Shown here: one piece after another, positions 9,317 through 17,665 of the stretch
Position numbering within the stretch: position 1 is the first letter of the stretch
Layout: every line of letters starts with the position of its first letter
Position numbers and translations under genes: made by a program
Assembly (NCBI RefSeq): GCF_900142435.1
Contig: NZ_LT670846.1
Location: forward strand, 438,750 to 462,749
Source: Thermocrinis minervae
Lineage (GTDB): Bacteria; Aquificota; Aquificia; Aquificales; Aquificaceae
Reading direction: 5' to 3'
DNA length: 24,000 bases
Notes under the pieces: generated by a model
What the model was told of the DNA's origin: nothing
Databases searched by the model: none
Seen by the model: only the letters and a program-made list of their open reading frames with translations

Positions 9317-9849
9317 ACTTGGAAACAAACACTGTTAACGTTTGGCTATTCTATCTGATAAATCATACAAGGCATCCACTGCTTGATGGCTTCTTCTCCT
9401 GGTTCTACATCTTTGGGAAGGGTTGGGTGCTCATACCTGCCTTTATGGCAGTCTTGGTTTTTTACAGGGAATGTACAAAGACCTTTTTACTTTCTGCAGC
9501 CATCATGGAGCTTCTGGTGGGCACCCTTAAGTACATCCTGGACCAGAAGAGACCTCTGTCTTTGCTTAACGATGTCTACACTCTTTCGGAAAGACTCTAC
9601 CATCATTCCTTTCCTTCTGGTGATACTGCTACGGCCTTTCTCGTGCTGGCTTTCTTCTACGGTAGGGTTAACAGGTACATAAGGCTTCTTCTACTTGCTT
9701 ATGCCCTACTTATAGCCTATGGGAGGGTGTACTCGGGTGTGCACTTCCCCATTGATGTGTTTGTAGGTGCCCTTATTGGCATATTTTCTTACTTGCTTTC
9801 CAGGAAGCTTATTTTAAGGAGCTCTTCTGCCAACCTTCTGTCTTTGTGA
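9310..9849 (+). CDS. PAP2-family phosphatase (membrane)
   Basis: From ATG 9310: [14 protein letters not shown]...LKYILDQKRP...SFPSGDTATAF...YGRVYSGVHFPIDVFVGALIG; the three PAP2 phosphatase motifs are present. Confidence 0.9.
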   Translation: MVNLETNTVNVWLFYLINHTRHPLLDGFFSWFYIFGKGWVLIPAFMAVLVFYRECTKTFLLSAAIMELLVGTLKYILDQKRPLSLLNDVYTLSERLYHHSFPSGDTATAFLVLAFFYGRVNRYIRLLLLAYALLIAYGRVYSGVHFPIDVFVGALIGIFSYLLSRKLILRSSSANLLSL

Positions 9850-10583
9850 TAGATCTCTAAGGCTTTTATCTTTGCTTGGCTGCTTGATCCCTTTGGAAGA
9901 TTCCTTTCCTTTAGCCATCTTAAAAGACTCTCCCTCGCGAATATGCTAGCGCTTGCCACTTCTGGATAATGCCTTTCAGCATCAGGTTCAAAGATAACAC
10001 CTCCATCAAAGGGAGATCTTAGTCTATAACCATCTATCACTATAGTGTGCTCCTTGTCTTTAAGGAGCTCCTTGATACTACTTATGAGTTTCCTGTAGGT
10101 GATGGTCATAAGGGTGTTTAGGTTCCTATGTTCCCTGTAGAGCCTGTTGAACTCCTTGGGTTCTAAGACCTCTGTAAACACATCCACCACGGGCCTTAAA
10201 AGTTCAGCTTTTCTAAAGACTTCCTCTTCCTTTATGTCCTTAGAGTCCTTTGGTGAAAGCTCCCAAAGCCTTTTGTAGTTCTCAGGCTTTACCAATACGC
10301 AGCTAAAGACTATGGGTCCAAAGAAGTCCCCTTTACCAGATTCGTCGCATCCGACCCTGTATACCTTCTCTTCCGGTAGACTACCGAGTATAAACTCCTT
10401 AAGTCCCTGTGGATCCTTTCCCTGTATGAGGAGGATTCCAGAAGGATAGAGGTGTACATACTGTCCCTTCTTCTCAAGAGCCCAAAGGGTGTAATCCTTC
10501 CGTATGGGTGTAAAGCCATGGCTTATGAGGAGGTCCTTGACTGTTTCCCAGTAGTGTACGGGAAGCTTAAGGGTGATATTCAT
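9789..10583 (-). CDS. rnhC: Ribonuclease HIII
   Basis: Catalytic YRVGCDESGKGDFFGPIVFSCVLV motif, HRNLNTLM, and an N-terminal domain typical of RNase HIII. Confidence 0.9.
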   Translation of the reverse strand: MNITLKLPVHYWETVKDLLISHGFTPIRKDYTLWALEKKGQYVHLYPSGILLIQGKDPQGLKEFILGSLPEEKVYRVGCDESGKGDFFGPIVFSCVLVKPENYKRLWELSPKDSKDIKEEEVFRKAELLRPVVDVFTEVLEPKEFNRLYREHRNLNTLMTITYRKLISSIKELLKDKEHTIVIDGYRLRSPFDGGVIFEPDAERHYPEVASASIFARESLLRWLKERNLPKGSSSQAKIKALEIYHKDRRLAEELLKISFLESK

Positions 10584-11313
10584 GGTAAAGCCTTATTATC
10601 TCTTCTAAGCTTAGTTCTTCCGTGCGCCTTTTGGGGTCTATGCCTGCCCTTTCAAGGATGGATACATCGAGCTTGTTCTTTAGCATCTTCCTTCCCTGGG
10701 AGTAGAGCTTTAGGAGAAAACCCTTGTAGTCCTCAAGATCTTCTATCTTTGCCTTTTCTTCTCTTGTCAGCCTTATGAGGGCAGAGGTCACTTTTGGTGG
10801 TGGAACGAAGAATTTGGGGGGTACACTCATGAGATACTCTATGCGGTAAAAAGTCTGGATAAAGCTACCCAGCCAAGAAGGACCCTCTATGAGCTTTTGG
10901 GCCACTTCTTTCTGTACCATAAAGAGACCAAAGTTTATACACTCTTTACAGAAAACTATCCTTTCAAGTATGAGGCTCGCCACGTTGTAGGGGAGGTTTC
11001 CCAAGACTTTAAGGTCCTTACCTAGAAGGCAAAAGTCAAAGCTTGTGGCATCTGCATGGTGTATGTGTAGCCTTGGGTCTTGTAACTGCTTTAACTTCTC
11101 TACCATCTGCTTGTCTATCTCCACAAGGTGTAGCTCAGAAAGAGGAGTTTCAAGTAGTGCTTTTGTGAGGTTTCCTGTACCTGGACCTATCTCAACAACC
11201 TTATCCCCTGCCTCTATCTGGGCATACTCCACTATTTTCTTTATGACTCCTCCCGATACCAAAAGATGCTGACCTAGGTGCTTTTTTAACCTTACAGGCT
11301 CACCGAAGGGCAT
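10567..11313 (-). CDS. rsmA: 16S rRNA (adenine1518/1519-N6)-dimethyltransferase (KsgA/RsmA)
   Basis: KKHLGQHLL, VVEIGPGTGNLTKALL, VLGNLPYNVAS motifs. ATG at 11313 preferred over GTG at 11331. Confidence 0.95.
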   Translation of the reverse strand: MPFGEPVRLKKHLGQHLLVSGGVIKKIVEYAQIEAGDKVVEIGPGTGNLTKALLETPLSELHLVEIDKQMVEKLKQLQDPRLHIHHADATSFDFCLLGKDLKVLGNLPYNVASLILERIVFCKECINFGLFMVQKEVAQKLIEGPSWLGSFIQTFYRIEYLMSVPPKFFVPPPKVTSALIRLTREEKAKIEDLEDYKGFLLKLYSQGRKMLKNKLDVSILERAGIDPKRRTEELSLEEIIRLYHEYHP

Positions 11314-11921
11314 ATATCTACTAGCGGACACTTAGAATGTTTGGGATTCTGAGCTGTGCAAACGTACCTACCTAGGAGTATGACCAAGTTGGAGAATTTA
11401 CCCCACTCTTCCTTGGGAACTATCCGCATAAGGTCCTGCTCTATCTTCTCTGGGTCCTTCTCCTTGGTAAGGCCTAGCCTTTGGGCTACCCTAGCCACGT
11501 GGGTGTCAACTGCTATGCCCTCTTGGATACCAAAAGCATTGTAAAGTATTATGTTTGCACTCTTCCTTCCTATGCCAGGTAGCTTTGTAAGCTCCTCTAT
11601 ACTTCTTGGTACCTCTCCGCCGTACTTCTCTACCAAAATCTGGGCGATCTTCTTCAGGTATACAGCCTTCTTCCTGTAGTAGTTTATGCTCCTTATGTAG
11701 CTCTCTATTTCAGATATGTCGGCTTCTACTATGTCCTTTGGGCTTTTAAACCTTTTGAAAAATTCCTTAGTGACCTCGTTCACCTTCTTGTCTGTAGTCT
11801 GGGCAGCCAACACTACGGCTACAAGTAATTCAAAGGGATTGGAAAACTCAAGCTCAAGCTTGTTAGGAAAAACCTTCTCAAGCCTTCTTATGGTTTCTTT
11901 GGCTAGCTCTTCTTTGGTCAT
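11292..11921 (-). CDS. nth: Endonuclease III
   Basis: ELLVAVVLAAQTTDKKVNEV, LPGIGRKSANIILYNAFGIQEGIAVDTHVARVAQRLG (HhH-GPD with catalytic Lys and Asp). Confidence 0.95.
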   Translation of the reverse strand: MTKEELAKETIRRLEKVFPNKLELEFSNPFELLVAVVLAAQTTDKKVNEVTKEFFKRFKSPKDIVEADISEIESYIRSINYYRKKAVYLKKIAQILVEKYGGEVPRSIEELTKLPGIGRKSANIILYNAFGIQEGIAVDTHVARVAQRLGLTKEKDPEKIEQDLMRIVPKEEWGKFSNLVILLGRYVCTAQNPKHSKCPLVDICPSVSL

Positions 11922-11981
11922 TCAAACACCCTATACTGATTAAATTAAAATATTAACATACTAACAAACAAGAGGTGAAGG

Positions 11982-12560
11982 ATGTTGATATTCGTCCTTG
12001 ACACAAGCATCTTCACAAACCCAGACATTTACTCTCAGTTTGAAAAGGATCAGTTAGGGGCCATAGAGAACTTCTTGTCCCTTGCATACCATTCGGATGC
12101 CAAGTTTTACATGCCTTCATCTGTCTACGAAGAAATGAGACATATGGTAGATCTCGGTGAGCTCAGTGCCAAGTTTGAGCTTACAGTACGCATAAGGTCT
12201 CCAAGAAGGTTCAACCTTATGGTTCCTGCCGAGTTTCTGTACGAGTTTATAGAGGAGATTCGCTACAGGATAAACAAGGGCCTTCGTATAGCAGAAGAAC
12301 ACACCAAGGAAGCTGGTAAGCTATCCGAAGAAGAGACGGGGAAGCTTATAAACAGACTAAGGGAAAAGTACAGAGAGGCTCTAAGGACTGGGATCATAGA
12401 CAGCAAAGAAGACCTTGATGTACTTCTGTTAGCTTACGAGCTCGATGGCATCTTAGTGTCTGGTGATGAAGGTCTTAGAAAGTGGGCAGATAGAGTAGGG
12501 ATCAAGCTCATAAACCCGAAGAACCTTAGGAATATACTGGAGAGCTTAATCAAACACTGA
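11982..12560 (+). CDS. PIN-domain 'RNA ligase partner' protein
   Basis: 192 aa; [17 protein letters not shown] (PIN acidic motif), [36 protein letters not shown]. Adjacent to the RNA ligase gene. Confidence 0.85.
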   Translation: MLIFVLDTSIFTNPDIYSQFEKDQLGAIENFLSLAYHSDAKFYMPSSVYEEMRHMVDLGELSAKFELTVRIRSPRRFNLMVPAEFLYEFIEEIRYRINKGLRIAEEHTKEAGKLSEEETGKLINRLREKYREALRTGIIDSKEDLDVLLLAYELDGILVSGDEGLRKWADRVGIKLINPKNLRNILESLIKH

Positions 12561-13643
12561 GCCGCCCCTAAGGACGTGTCCCAGAAGGCCTGTCATGTTA
12601 AGGAACACCTTATCAAACTCAAGCACGTACATGTTTCCTTCTTGCCTTATGCCTCTCTCTATTATCTGTATGTGTGCCGAGCTGTGTTTTATCTGCTCTA
12701 AAAATATGAGTAAGTTTTCCTTGCTGTGGAACCTACATCTGAAGGTTCTGTAGACCTTTCCTTCTTCCCTTGATAGCTTGCAAGCTTGGAAGATACCTTC
12801 AAGGAAAGCCTTTCCCAGTTCTGTGTAGAGACTATCATCTTTCTCTAGACCTTCCTCTTCTATAAAGAGGGCAAGCCTTAAAAGCCTGTTGGTGTAGTAG
12901 TCGGCTGGAAGGCCCATTATGTTCAGGGATGTTATCCTTATATCGTTTAAGTTTGCGTACCTGGTTATGTACTTAACCCTTTTGTTCCTCTCCGAGTCTT
13001 CCTTGAAAACCACACCTTCCCTGCACTCTTGGTCTAATTTTCTTAGAAGGTCCTTTATCTTCTCTACCTGATCTACGGTAAACCTTCCGAAGACCTCCAC
13101 CGAAGGAAGCGAGTATTTTTCTATAAGCTCCAATTTCTCTCTCTGTGGTAAAAAGGTGCTCTCGTTTTTCCTCATTATGTCAAAGACGAAAAGTCTGACA
13201 TCTTCCTTCACGTAGGGAGGACTTTCTTCCACGTAAGGGTTTTCTGGGCCAGCCATCTCAGCACACAACACCAGGTCTGGATTATCTTCAAAGAACCTCT
13301 TGTCTATGAAATCAAGGACTCTGTCCGTGCTGAAGGCGCATATAAGACCGCTCCTGGTAAGGGCATATACCTCTCCCTTGTGGTAAAAGATCCTAAGGTT
13401 GTAACCGTCTACTTTTTCTTCAACCCAGAAGGGCTCTGTAAACTGCTCTCTGAGGCCTGTAGAAAGCTGGAATATCCTACCTATGTGAGGATAGCCAAAT
13501 ATGGTAAACTCCTGGAAGATAACCGTCCCCCGTGGGATGTTCTTGTAGTCATCGGTAAACCTAAGGTATTCTAAGTCTTTGAACTGTTCAGATTTGACCT
13601 TGCTTTTCTTTAGGGCCTCTTTTACCAAAGAAGCATCTAACAT
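12546..13643 (-). CDS. ATP-dependent RNA ligase, Pab1020 family (archaeal-type, Rnl3-like)
   Basis: Nucleotidyltransferase motif [13 protein letters not shown], later motifs [25 protein letters not shown] and [10 protein letters not shown]; 365 aa. Confidence 0.88.
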   Translation of the reverse strand: MLDASLVKEALKKSKVKSEQFKDLEYLRFTDDYKNIPRGTVIFQEFTIFGYPHIGRIFQLSTGLREQFTEPFWVEEKVDGYNLRIFYHKGEVYALTRSGLICAFSTDRVLDFIDKRFFEDNPDLVLCAEMAGPENPYVEESPPYVKEDVRLFVFDIMRKNESTFLPQREKLELIEKYSLPSVEVFGRFTVDQVEKIKDLLRKLDQECREGVVFKEDSERNKRVKYITRYANLNDIRITSLNIMGLPADYYTNRLLRLALFIEEEGLEKDDSLYTELGKAFLEGIFQACKLSREEGKVYRTFRCRFHSKENLLIFLEQIKHSSAHIQIIERGIRQEGNMYVLEFDKVFLNMTGLLGHVLRGGSVFD

Positions 13644-13655
13644 CAGAATTAGTTA

Positions 13656-13683
13656 ATTTTAAAGGTTTTAGACAACATGTCAA
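13656..13683 (-). promoter_or_regulatory. Candidate promoter of the RNA ligase gene
   Basis: Minus strand reads TTGACA - 16 nt - TAAAAT just upstream of ATG 13643. Confidence 0.5.
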
Positions 13684-13694
13684 GGGCTTTGAAA

Positions 13695-13700
13695 TATAAT
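13695..13700 (+). promoter_or_regulatory. Candidate -10 element of the ricT-like gene
   Basis: Perfect TATAAT whose last base is 11 nt before the A of ATG 13711; no convincing -35. Confidence 0.45.
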
Positions 13701-13710
13701 TTCTTAAGCT

Positions 13711-14559
13711 ATGCATGTAAAAGCTCGTTTTTTAGATACGCGGAAGATACTAGAGGTTGAGAATGCACAGGACGTGAAGAAAGGGGACCTAGTGGTGGTC
13801 CTTTCAGATAGAGGGCAGGAACTCATACAGATCCTTGGTGTTTCTAAGGAAGAGTCACAGCTTAAAGCTCTTTTCCTTAGGAAGGCAGACGAAGAAGACT
13901 TAAGGATAGCCAAGGAAAACGAGAAGCTTGCCGAGGATGCCCTTGTTGTGTGCAAGGAAAAGGTCCAAGAGCTTGGCCTTGACATGAAGCCTATAAAGAC
14001 TTACATACCCTTAGATAGAAGCAAGTACTTCTTCTACTACCTGTCTGAAAAAAAGGTAGACTTTAGGGAGCTTGTTAGGGCATTGGCCCGTGTATTCAAG
14101 AAAAGAATAGAGATGAGGCAGGTGGGTGTAAGGGATGCTATCCAGATGATGGGATGGATAGGTCCATGTGGTGAAATGGCATGCTGCTACAGGTTTATAG
14201 AGAACTTTGAATCCATATCCCTAAGGGACATAGAGGAGCAAAACTTACCGCTGTCTCCTACAAAGTTTACAGGTCTGTGCGGTAGGCTTATGTGTTGCCT
14301 AGCCTTTGAAAGGGAAAACTACCTGGTGAAGAACATACTGCCAGAGGTAGGAAGTGAGATTTGTCTGAACGGTAAGGTTTATAAAATCCTCCACATAGAC
14401 CCTCCTCATGGTAAAAGTATCCTAGAACTTGATGGAAAGAGAATAGAGATTCCTTTGGAGAGCTTACTGCCCAACGATTACAAGGTAGCCATTGAAAACT
14501 GTAAGAGGTGTTCTTCCTGCTGCAGGAGAAACTTGAAGGAAGATGAAGTTGCTCTCTGA
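13711..14559 (+). CDS. PSP1-domain / RicT (YaaT) family protein with Cys-rich C-terminus
   Basis: MMGWIGPCGEMACCYRFIENFESISLRDIEEQNLPLSPTKFTGLCGRLMCCLAFERENY is the RicT/PSP1 signature. Confidence 0.88.
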   Translation: MHVKARFLDTRKILEVENAQDVKKGDLVVVLSDRGQELIQILGVSKEESQLKALFLRKADEEDLRIAKENEKLAEDALVVCKEKVQELGLDMKPIKTYIPLDRSKYFFYYLSEKKVDFRELVRALARVFKKRIEMRQVGVRDAIQMMGWIGPCGEMACCYRFIENFESISLRDIEEQNLPLSPTKFTGLCGRLMCCLAFERENYLVKNILPEVGSEICLNGKVYKILHIDPPHGKSILELDGKRIEIPLESLLPNDYKVAIENCKRCSSCCRRNLKEDEVAL

Positions 14560-15343
14560 ACGCAAAAGCCCCTTGAACAGAGTCTTTGTCTACCAACTTG
14601 AGGATGGTTACAGGGTGGAGTCTGTCTTTTACAGGGGGGATACCCTCTGTGTTTCTACACAGGTAGGTTGTGCTGTAGGTTGTCCCTTCTGCCTCTCAGG
14701 CAAGGATGGTCTTCTTAGGAACCTAAGCTCACGAGAGATATACCTACAGTATGCCCTCCTTAAGGATGCGCTGCCCATAAGAAGAATAGCTATAGCCGGT
14801 ATAGGCGAGCCGCTTATGAACATCAGGAACGTGGTTGAGGCCTTCTGGATGTTTAAGAAGGAGGGCCTTAAGGTATCCTTCTACACCTCAGGCCACCCTG
14901 TAAGGCACCTGCCCTATGTCCTTACACTGCCCCACAGTGGCCTTACCGTATCCCTTCATGCAGTTAGGGATGAGGTAAGGAGAAGGTTGCTGCCGCATGC
15001 AGGTAGTTTATCGGAACTCCTAAAGGCTCTAAGAGATTCTCTTTCAAGCGTGTCTAAGAAGAAGAGAAAGAAGGTCTCCCTTGGGTATCTACTTCTAAAA
15101 GGAGTGAACGACTCGGAGGAAGACCTTACTGAGCTTGCGAGATTGGCCAAGAGTCTGGATGTGTCTGTAACCCTTCTGTACTACAACAACACTGTAAGCG
15201 CCTTTGAGGAAACTGGTCAGGAAGAGTACGAAAGAGCATTCTTACTTTTGAGATCCATGGGTGTAAGGGTTACCCTTTCAACGCGCTTTAGGAAGGATCC
15301 TTTGGGCGGTTGTGGTACGTTAGTGGTTAACAGAACTCTTTAA
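14543..15343 (+). CDS. Short RlmN-like radical SAM protein
   Basis: TLCVSTQVGCAVGCPFCLSGKDGLLRNLSSREI (CxxxCxxC), GIGEPLMN, LTVSLHA, C-terminal GGCGTL; 266 aa. Confidence 0.85.
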   Translation: MKLLSERKSPLNRVFVYQLEDGYRVESVFYRGDTLCVSTQVGCAVGCPFCLSGKDGLLRNLSSREIYLQYALLKDALPIRRIAIAGIGEPLMNIRNVVEAFWMFKKEGLKVSFYTSGHPVRHLPYVLTLPHSGLTVSLHAVRDEVRRRLLPHAGSLSELLKALRDSLSSVSKKKRKKVSLGYLLLKGVNDSEEDLTELARLAKSLDVSVTLLYYNNTVSAFEETGQEEYERAFLLLRSMGVRVTLSTRFRKDPLGGCGTLVVNRTL

Positions 15344-16011
15344 ACTTCCATTATGCTCACCTTCACGGCTGTCAGGTTATCGGCACCACCTCTATCTAAG
15401 GCTATACTAAGGAGGGTTTGAAGGTCCTTGTCTGTTTCATCCTCTATGTACTCCCAAAGACCGTCCGAGCATATCAAAAATCCTTCAAAACCTTCTGCGC
15501 GCTTTATGAACACTTCAAACTCCCTGTAGTTAGGATCACCTACGAGAGCTGACGTAAGGTAATAGGCTATCCTATGGTCCTGTGTCAGCAAGAAAAGCTT
15601 CCCATCCTTTATACCATAAACCCTACAATCACCTACATTGAAAGCGTAAAGGCCTTTACTGGATATAACCAAACCCGCTACGGCGCATCCAAGCCCAAGG
15701 GCGTGTGGATTCTCTAGGGCATATTCCTCCAGTTTATCCCTTGCAGCATGTAAACATTTGTTTATTTCTTCCTCGTCGGATGGTGAGCACCTTTTTAGCT
15801 CTTCCAGCACTATAAGGCTGGCTTTTTCTCCCTCTGGATGCCCTCCCATTCCATCGGCCACTGCAAACACAAAGTAGTTACCTTTTCTCTCTATGCAGAT
15901 GGGCTTTTCCATTAAATCCCTTTGGATTATCACATCGCTTAGCAAAAAGGCATCCTCGTTGAAAGCTCTAACGTTACCTATGTGCGTAATTCCGCAAGCT
16001 AAAACTCTCAT
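15340..16011 (-). CDS. PP2C-family Ser/Thr protein phosphatase
   Basis: NEDAFLLSD..., FAVADGMGGHPEGEKAS, LCSDGLWEYI, DNLTAVKV motifs. Confidence 0.92.
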   Translation of the reverse strand: MRVLACGITHIGNVRAFNEDAFLLSDVIIQRDLMEKPICIERKGNYFVFAVADGMGGHPEGEKASLIVLEELKRCSPSDEEEINKCLHAARDKLEEYALENPHALGLGCAVAGLVISSKGLYAFNVGDCRVYGIKDGKLFLLTQDHRIAYYLTSALVGDPNYREFEVFIKRAEGFEGFLICSDGLWEYIEDETDKDLQTLLSIALDRGGADNLTAVKVSIMEV

Positions 16012-16045
16012 GTGTCATATAAGTATAAGGCTTTGTTGACAAGTC

Positions 16046-16073
16046 TTATGTGAGTCATTATATACTTACATAA
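16046..16073. promoter_or_regulatory. Dyad-symmetric operator-like element in the divergent PP2C / hemerythrin region
   Basis: TTATGTGAGT-CATTATAT-ACTTACATAA: 10-bp arms with 9/10 pairs matching. Confidence 0.5.
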
Positions 16074-16088
16074 AGGAGGTGTAGGAAT

Positions 16089-16517
16089 ATGTTTAGCATC
16101 ACCGAGTATTTGACTGAAGAACACAGAGAATGCGACCGGATTTTTGCAGAAGCCGAAGGCTACGTAAAGGAAGAAAGATGGGAAGAGGCTCAAAAGAGCT
16201 TTGCTACATTCAAGGAAGAGACCCTTAAGCACTTCATGAGGGAAGAGGATGTTCTCTTTCCCTTGTTTGAGGCAAGGACGGGCATAATACATGGTCCTAC
16301 GCAGGTTATGAGGATGGAGCATGCACAAGCTAGGGATCTCATAGAGCGGATGGAAAAGGCTCTACAGGAGAGGGATAAAAAGAGCTTCTTTTCGATAGCG
16401 GATACCTTGATGATACTTATACAGCAGCACAACATGAAAGAAGAACAGATACTCTACCCTATGTGCGACCAGCACCTTGATCCTGCAGAGGTAATACCAA
16501 AGATGGAGAGTGTATGA
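16089..16517 (+). CDS. Hemerythrin-domain protein
   Basis: 142 aa; EHRECD, HFMREEDVLFPLFE, MEHAQARDL, QQHNMKEEQILYPMCDQHL metal-ligand pattern; strong AAAGGAGGTG ribosome binding site at 16072-16081. Confidence 0.88.
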   Translation: MFSITEYLTEEHRECDRIFAEAEGYVKEERWEEAQKSFATFKEETLKHFMREEDVLFPLFEARTGIIHGPTQVMRMEHAQARDLIERMEKALQERDKKSFFSIADTLMILIQQHNMKEEQILYPMCDQHLDPAEVIPKMESV

Positions 16518-17665
16518 GGGGTCTGTCCCTCCTACAAGCTCCCCCTTTTGTCATACCCTTTACTTTCTTTGCTACAGGAGTTTCTTTTTGGTTCCTATCT
16601 TCCTTATTTGCAGTTTATTTTTCCTTTAGAGGGGGTATAAACCTACCTTTTTTGCTGCACTCTCAGACGGTACTCTTTGCCCTCTTTGTGATGTTTGGGG
16701 CCCTATTCCAGATGCTTCCTGTGGTCGTTGGAGCCGTGATAGAGAACCCTATACCAAAGGCCTTTATCTTCTACTTTCCCATGCTTCTGGGTGCCTTTAT
16801 TTTCCTTTCTGGCTTTTTTACACACAAGACTGCTATAACAAAGACTGGGGCCCTGCTGCTCTATGCCTCCGTCATGTACGGAGCTCTTCTGATGCTTTTT
16901 CATGCTCTGAAGGTAAAGAGCTACATACCTACTTCAAGGGGTATTAAGTTCTCCTTGTTCTTTCTTGTAGTGGGTGTTAGCTTTGGTGTTCTTTGGCTCT
17001 TTTTCCCTTATGACGTTAGGATCTTTAAAACTCACTATACTTTTATGCTCTTTGGTTGGGTAGGAGCTTTGATAGTTTCCGTTTCCTTCCAAGTCATAGA
17101 GATGTTCTTTACTACGGATGCCTATCCAAGAATTTTTTCCATGAACTTCCCCTACATGCTCTCTTTCTCTATGCTTTTAGCTGTGTTCATGGATGGCTTT
17201 ATCTTCAAACTTCCCCTATCTTTACTTTTCTTTACTTGGTCTTTCATGACGTTAAAAAGACTCTACACAAGGAGGAGAAAGGCTACAGACTACACCATAT
17301 ACTTTTGGTACTTGGGGCTTTTGATGCTGTGTCTTTCACTTGTTTTTTTCCTTATGGACAGGTTTATGACCTTTTTACTCCTTTTTGTTCTCTTCTTTTC
17401 CAGCATAATAGCAGCCATGCTTTACAGGATAATACCCTTTCTCGTATGGTTTCACCTTAGCAACCTCAACCCACAGAAAGCTCCACTCATGTCGGATGTG
17501 ATCAAGCCAGAGAGGATAAGGGTAAGCTTTTTCCTTCATTCTGTCTTTTGTCTTTTATGTACATTAGGTCTATTTAAATTGGCTTCTGTGGTGTTTGTAG
17601 TCTCTACCCTCTGGTTAGCCTATCATACTGTAAGAGGGGGTCTACTTTACTTTGAACTAACTTAG
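16514..17665 (+). CDS. Multi-TM membrane protein resembling NnrS / heme-copper oxidase subunit I-like families
   Basis: 383 aa, many TM helices, HSQTVLFALFVMFGALFQMLPVVVGAVIENP; start overlaps the hemerythrin stop. Confidence 0.55.
   Translation: MRGLSLLQAPPFVIPFTFFATGVSFWFLSSLFAVYFSFRGGINLPFLLHSQTVLFALFVMFGALFQMLPVVVGAVIENPIPKAFIFYFPMLLGAFIFLSGFFTHKTAITKTGALLLYASVMYGALLMLFHALKVKSYIPTSRGIKFSLFFLVVGVSFGVLWLFFPYDVRIFKTHYTFMLFGWVGALIVSVSFQVIEMFFTTDAYPRIFSMNFPYMLSFSMLLAVFMDGFIFKLPLSLLFFTWSFMTLKRLYTRRRKATDYTIYFWYLGLLMLCLSLVFFLMDRFMTFLLLFVLFFSSIIAAMLYRIIPFLVWFHLSNLNPQKAPLMSDVIKPERIRVSFFLHSVFCLLCTLGLFKLASVVFVVSTLWLAYHTVRGGLLYFELT

Noticed and set aside
16008-16328. Minus-strand ORF opposite the hemerythrin gene
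   Set aside because: Low-complexity shadow ORF; the plus-strand hemerythrin has clear metal-ligand motifs and a strong ribosome binding site.
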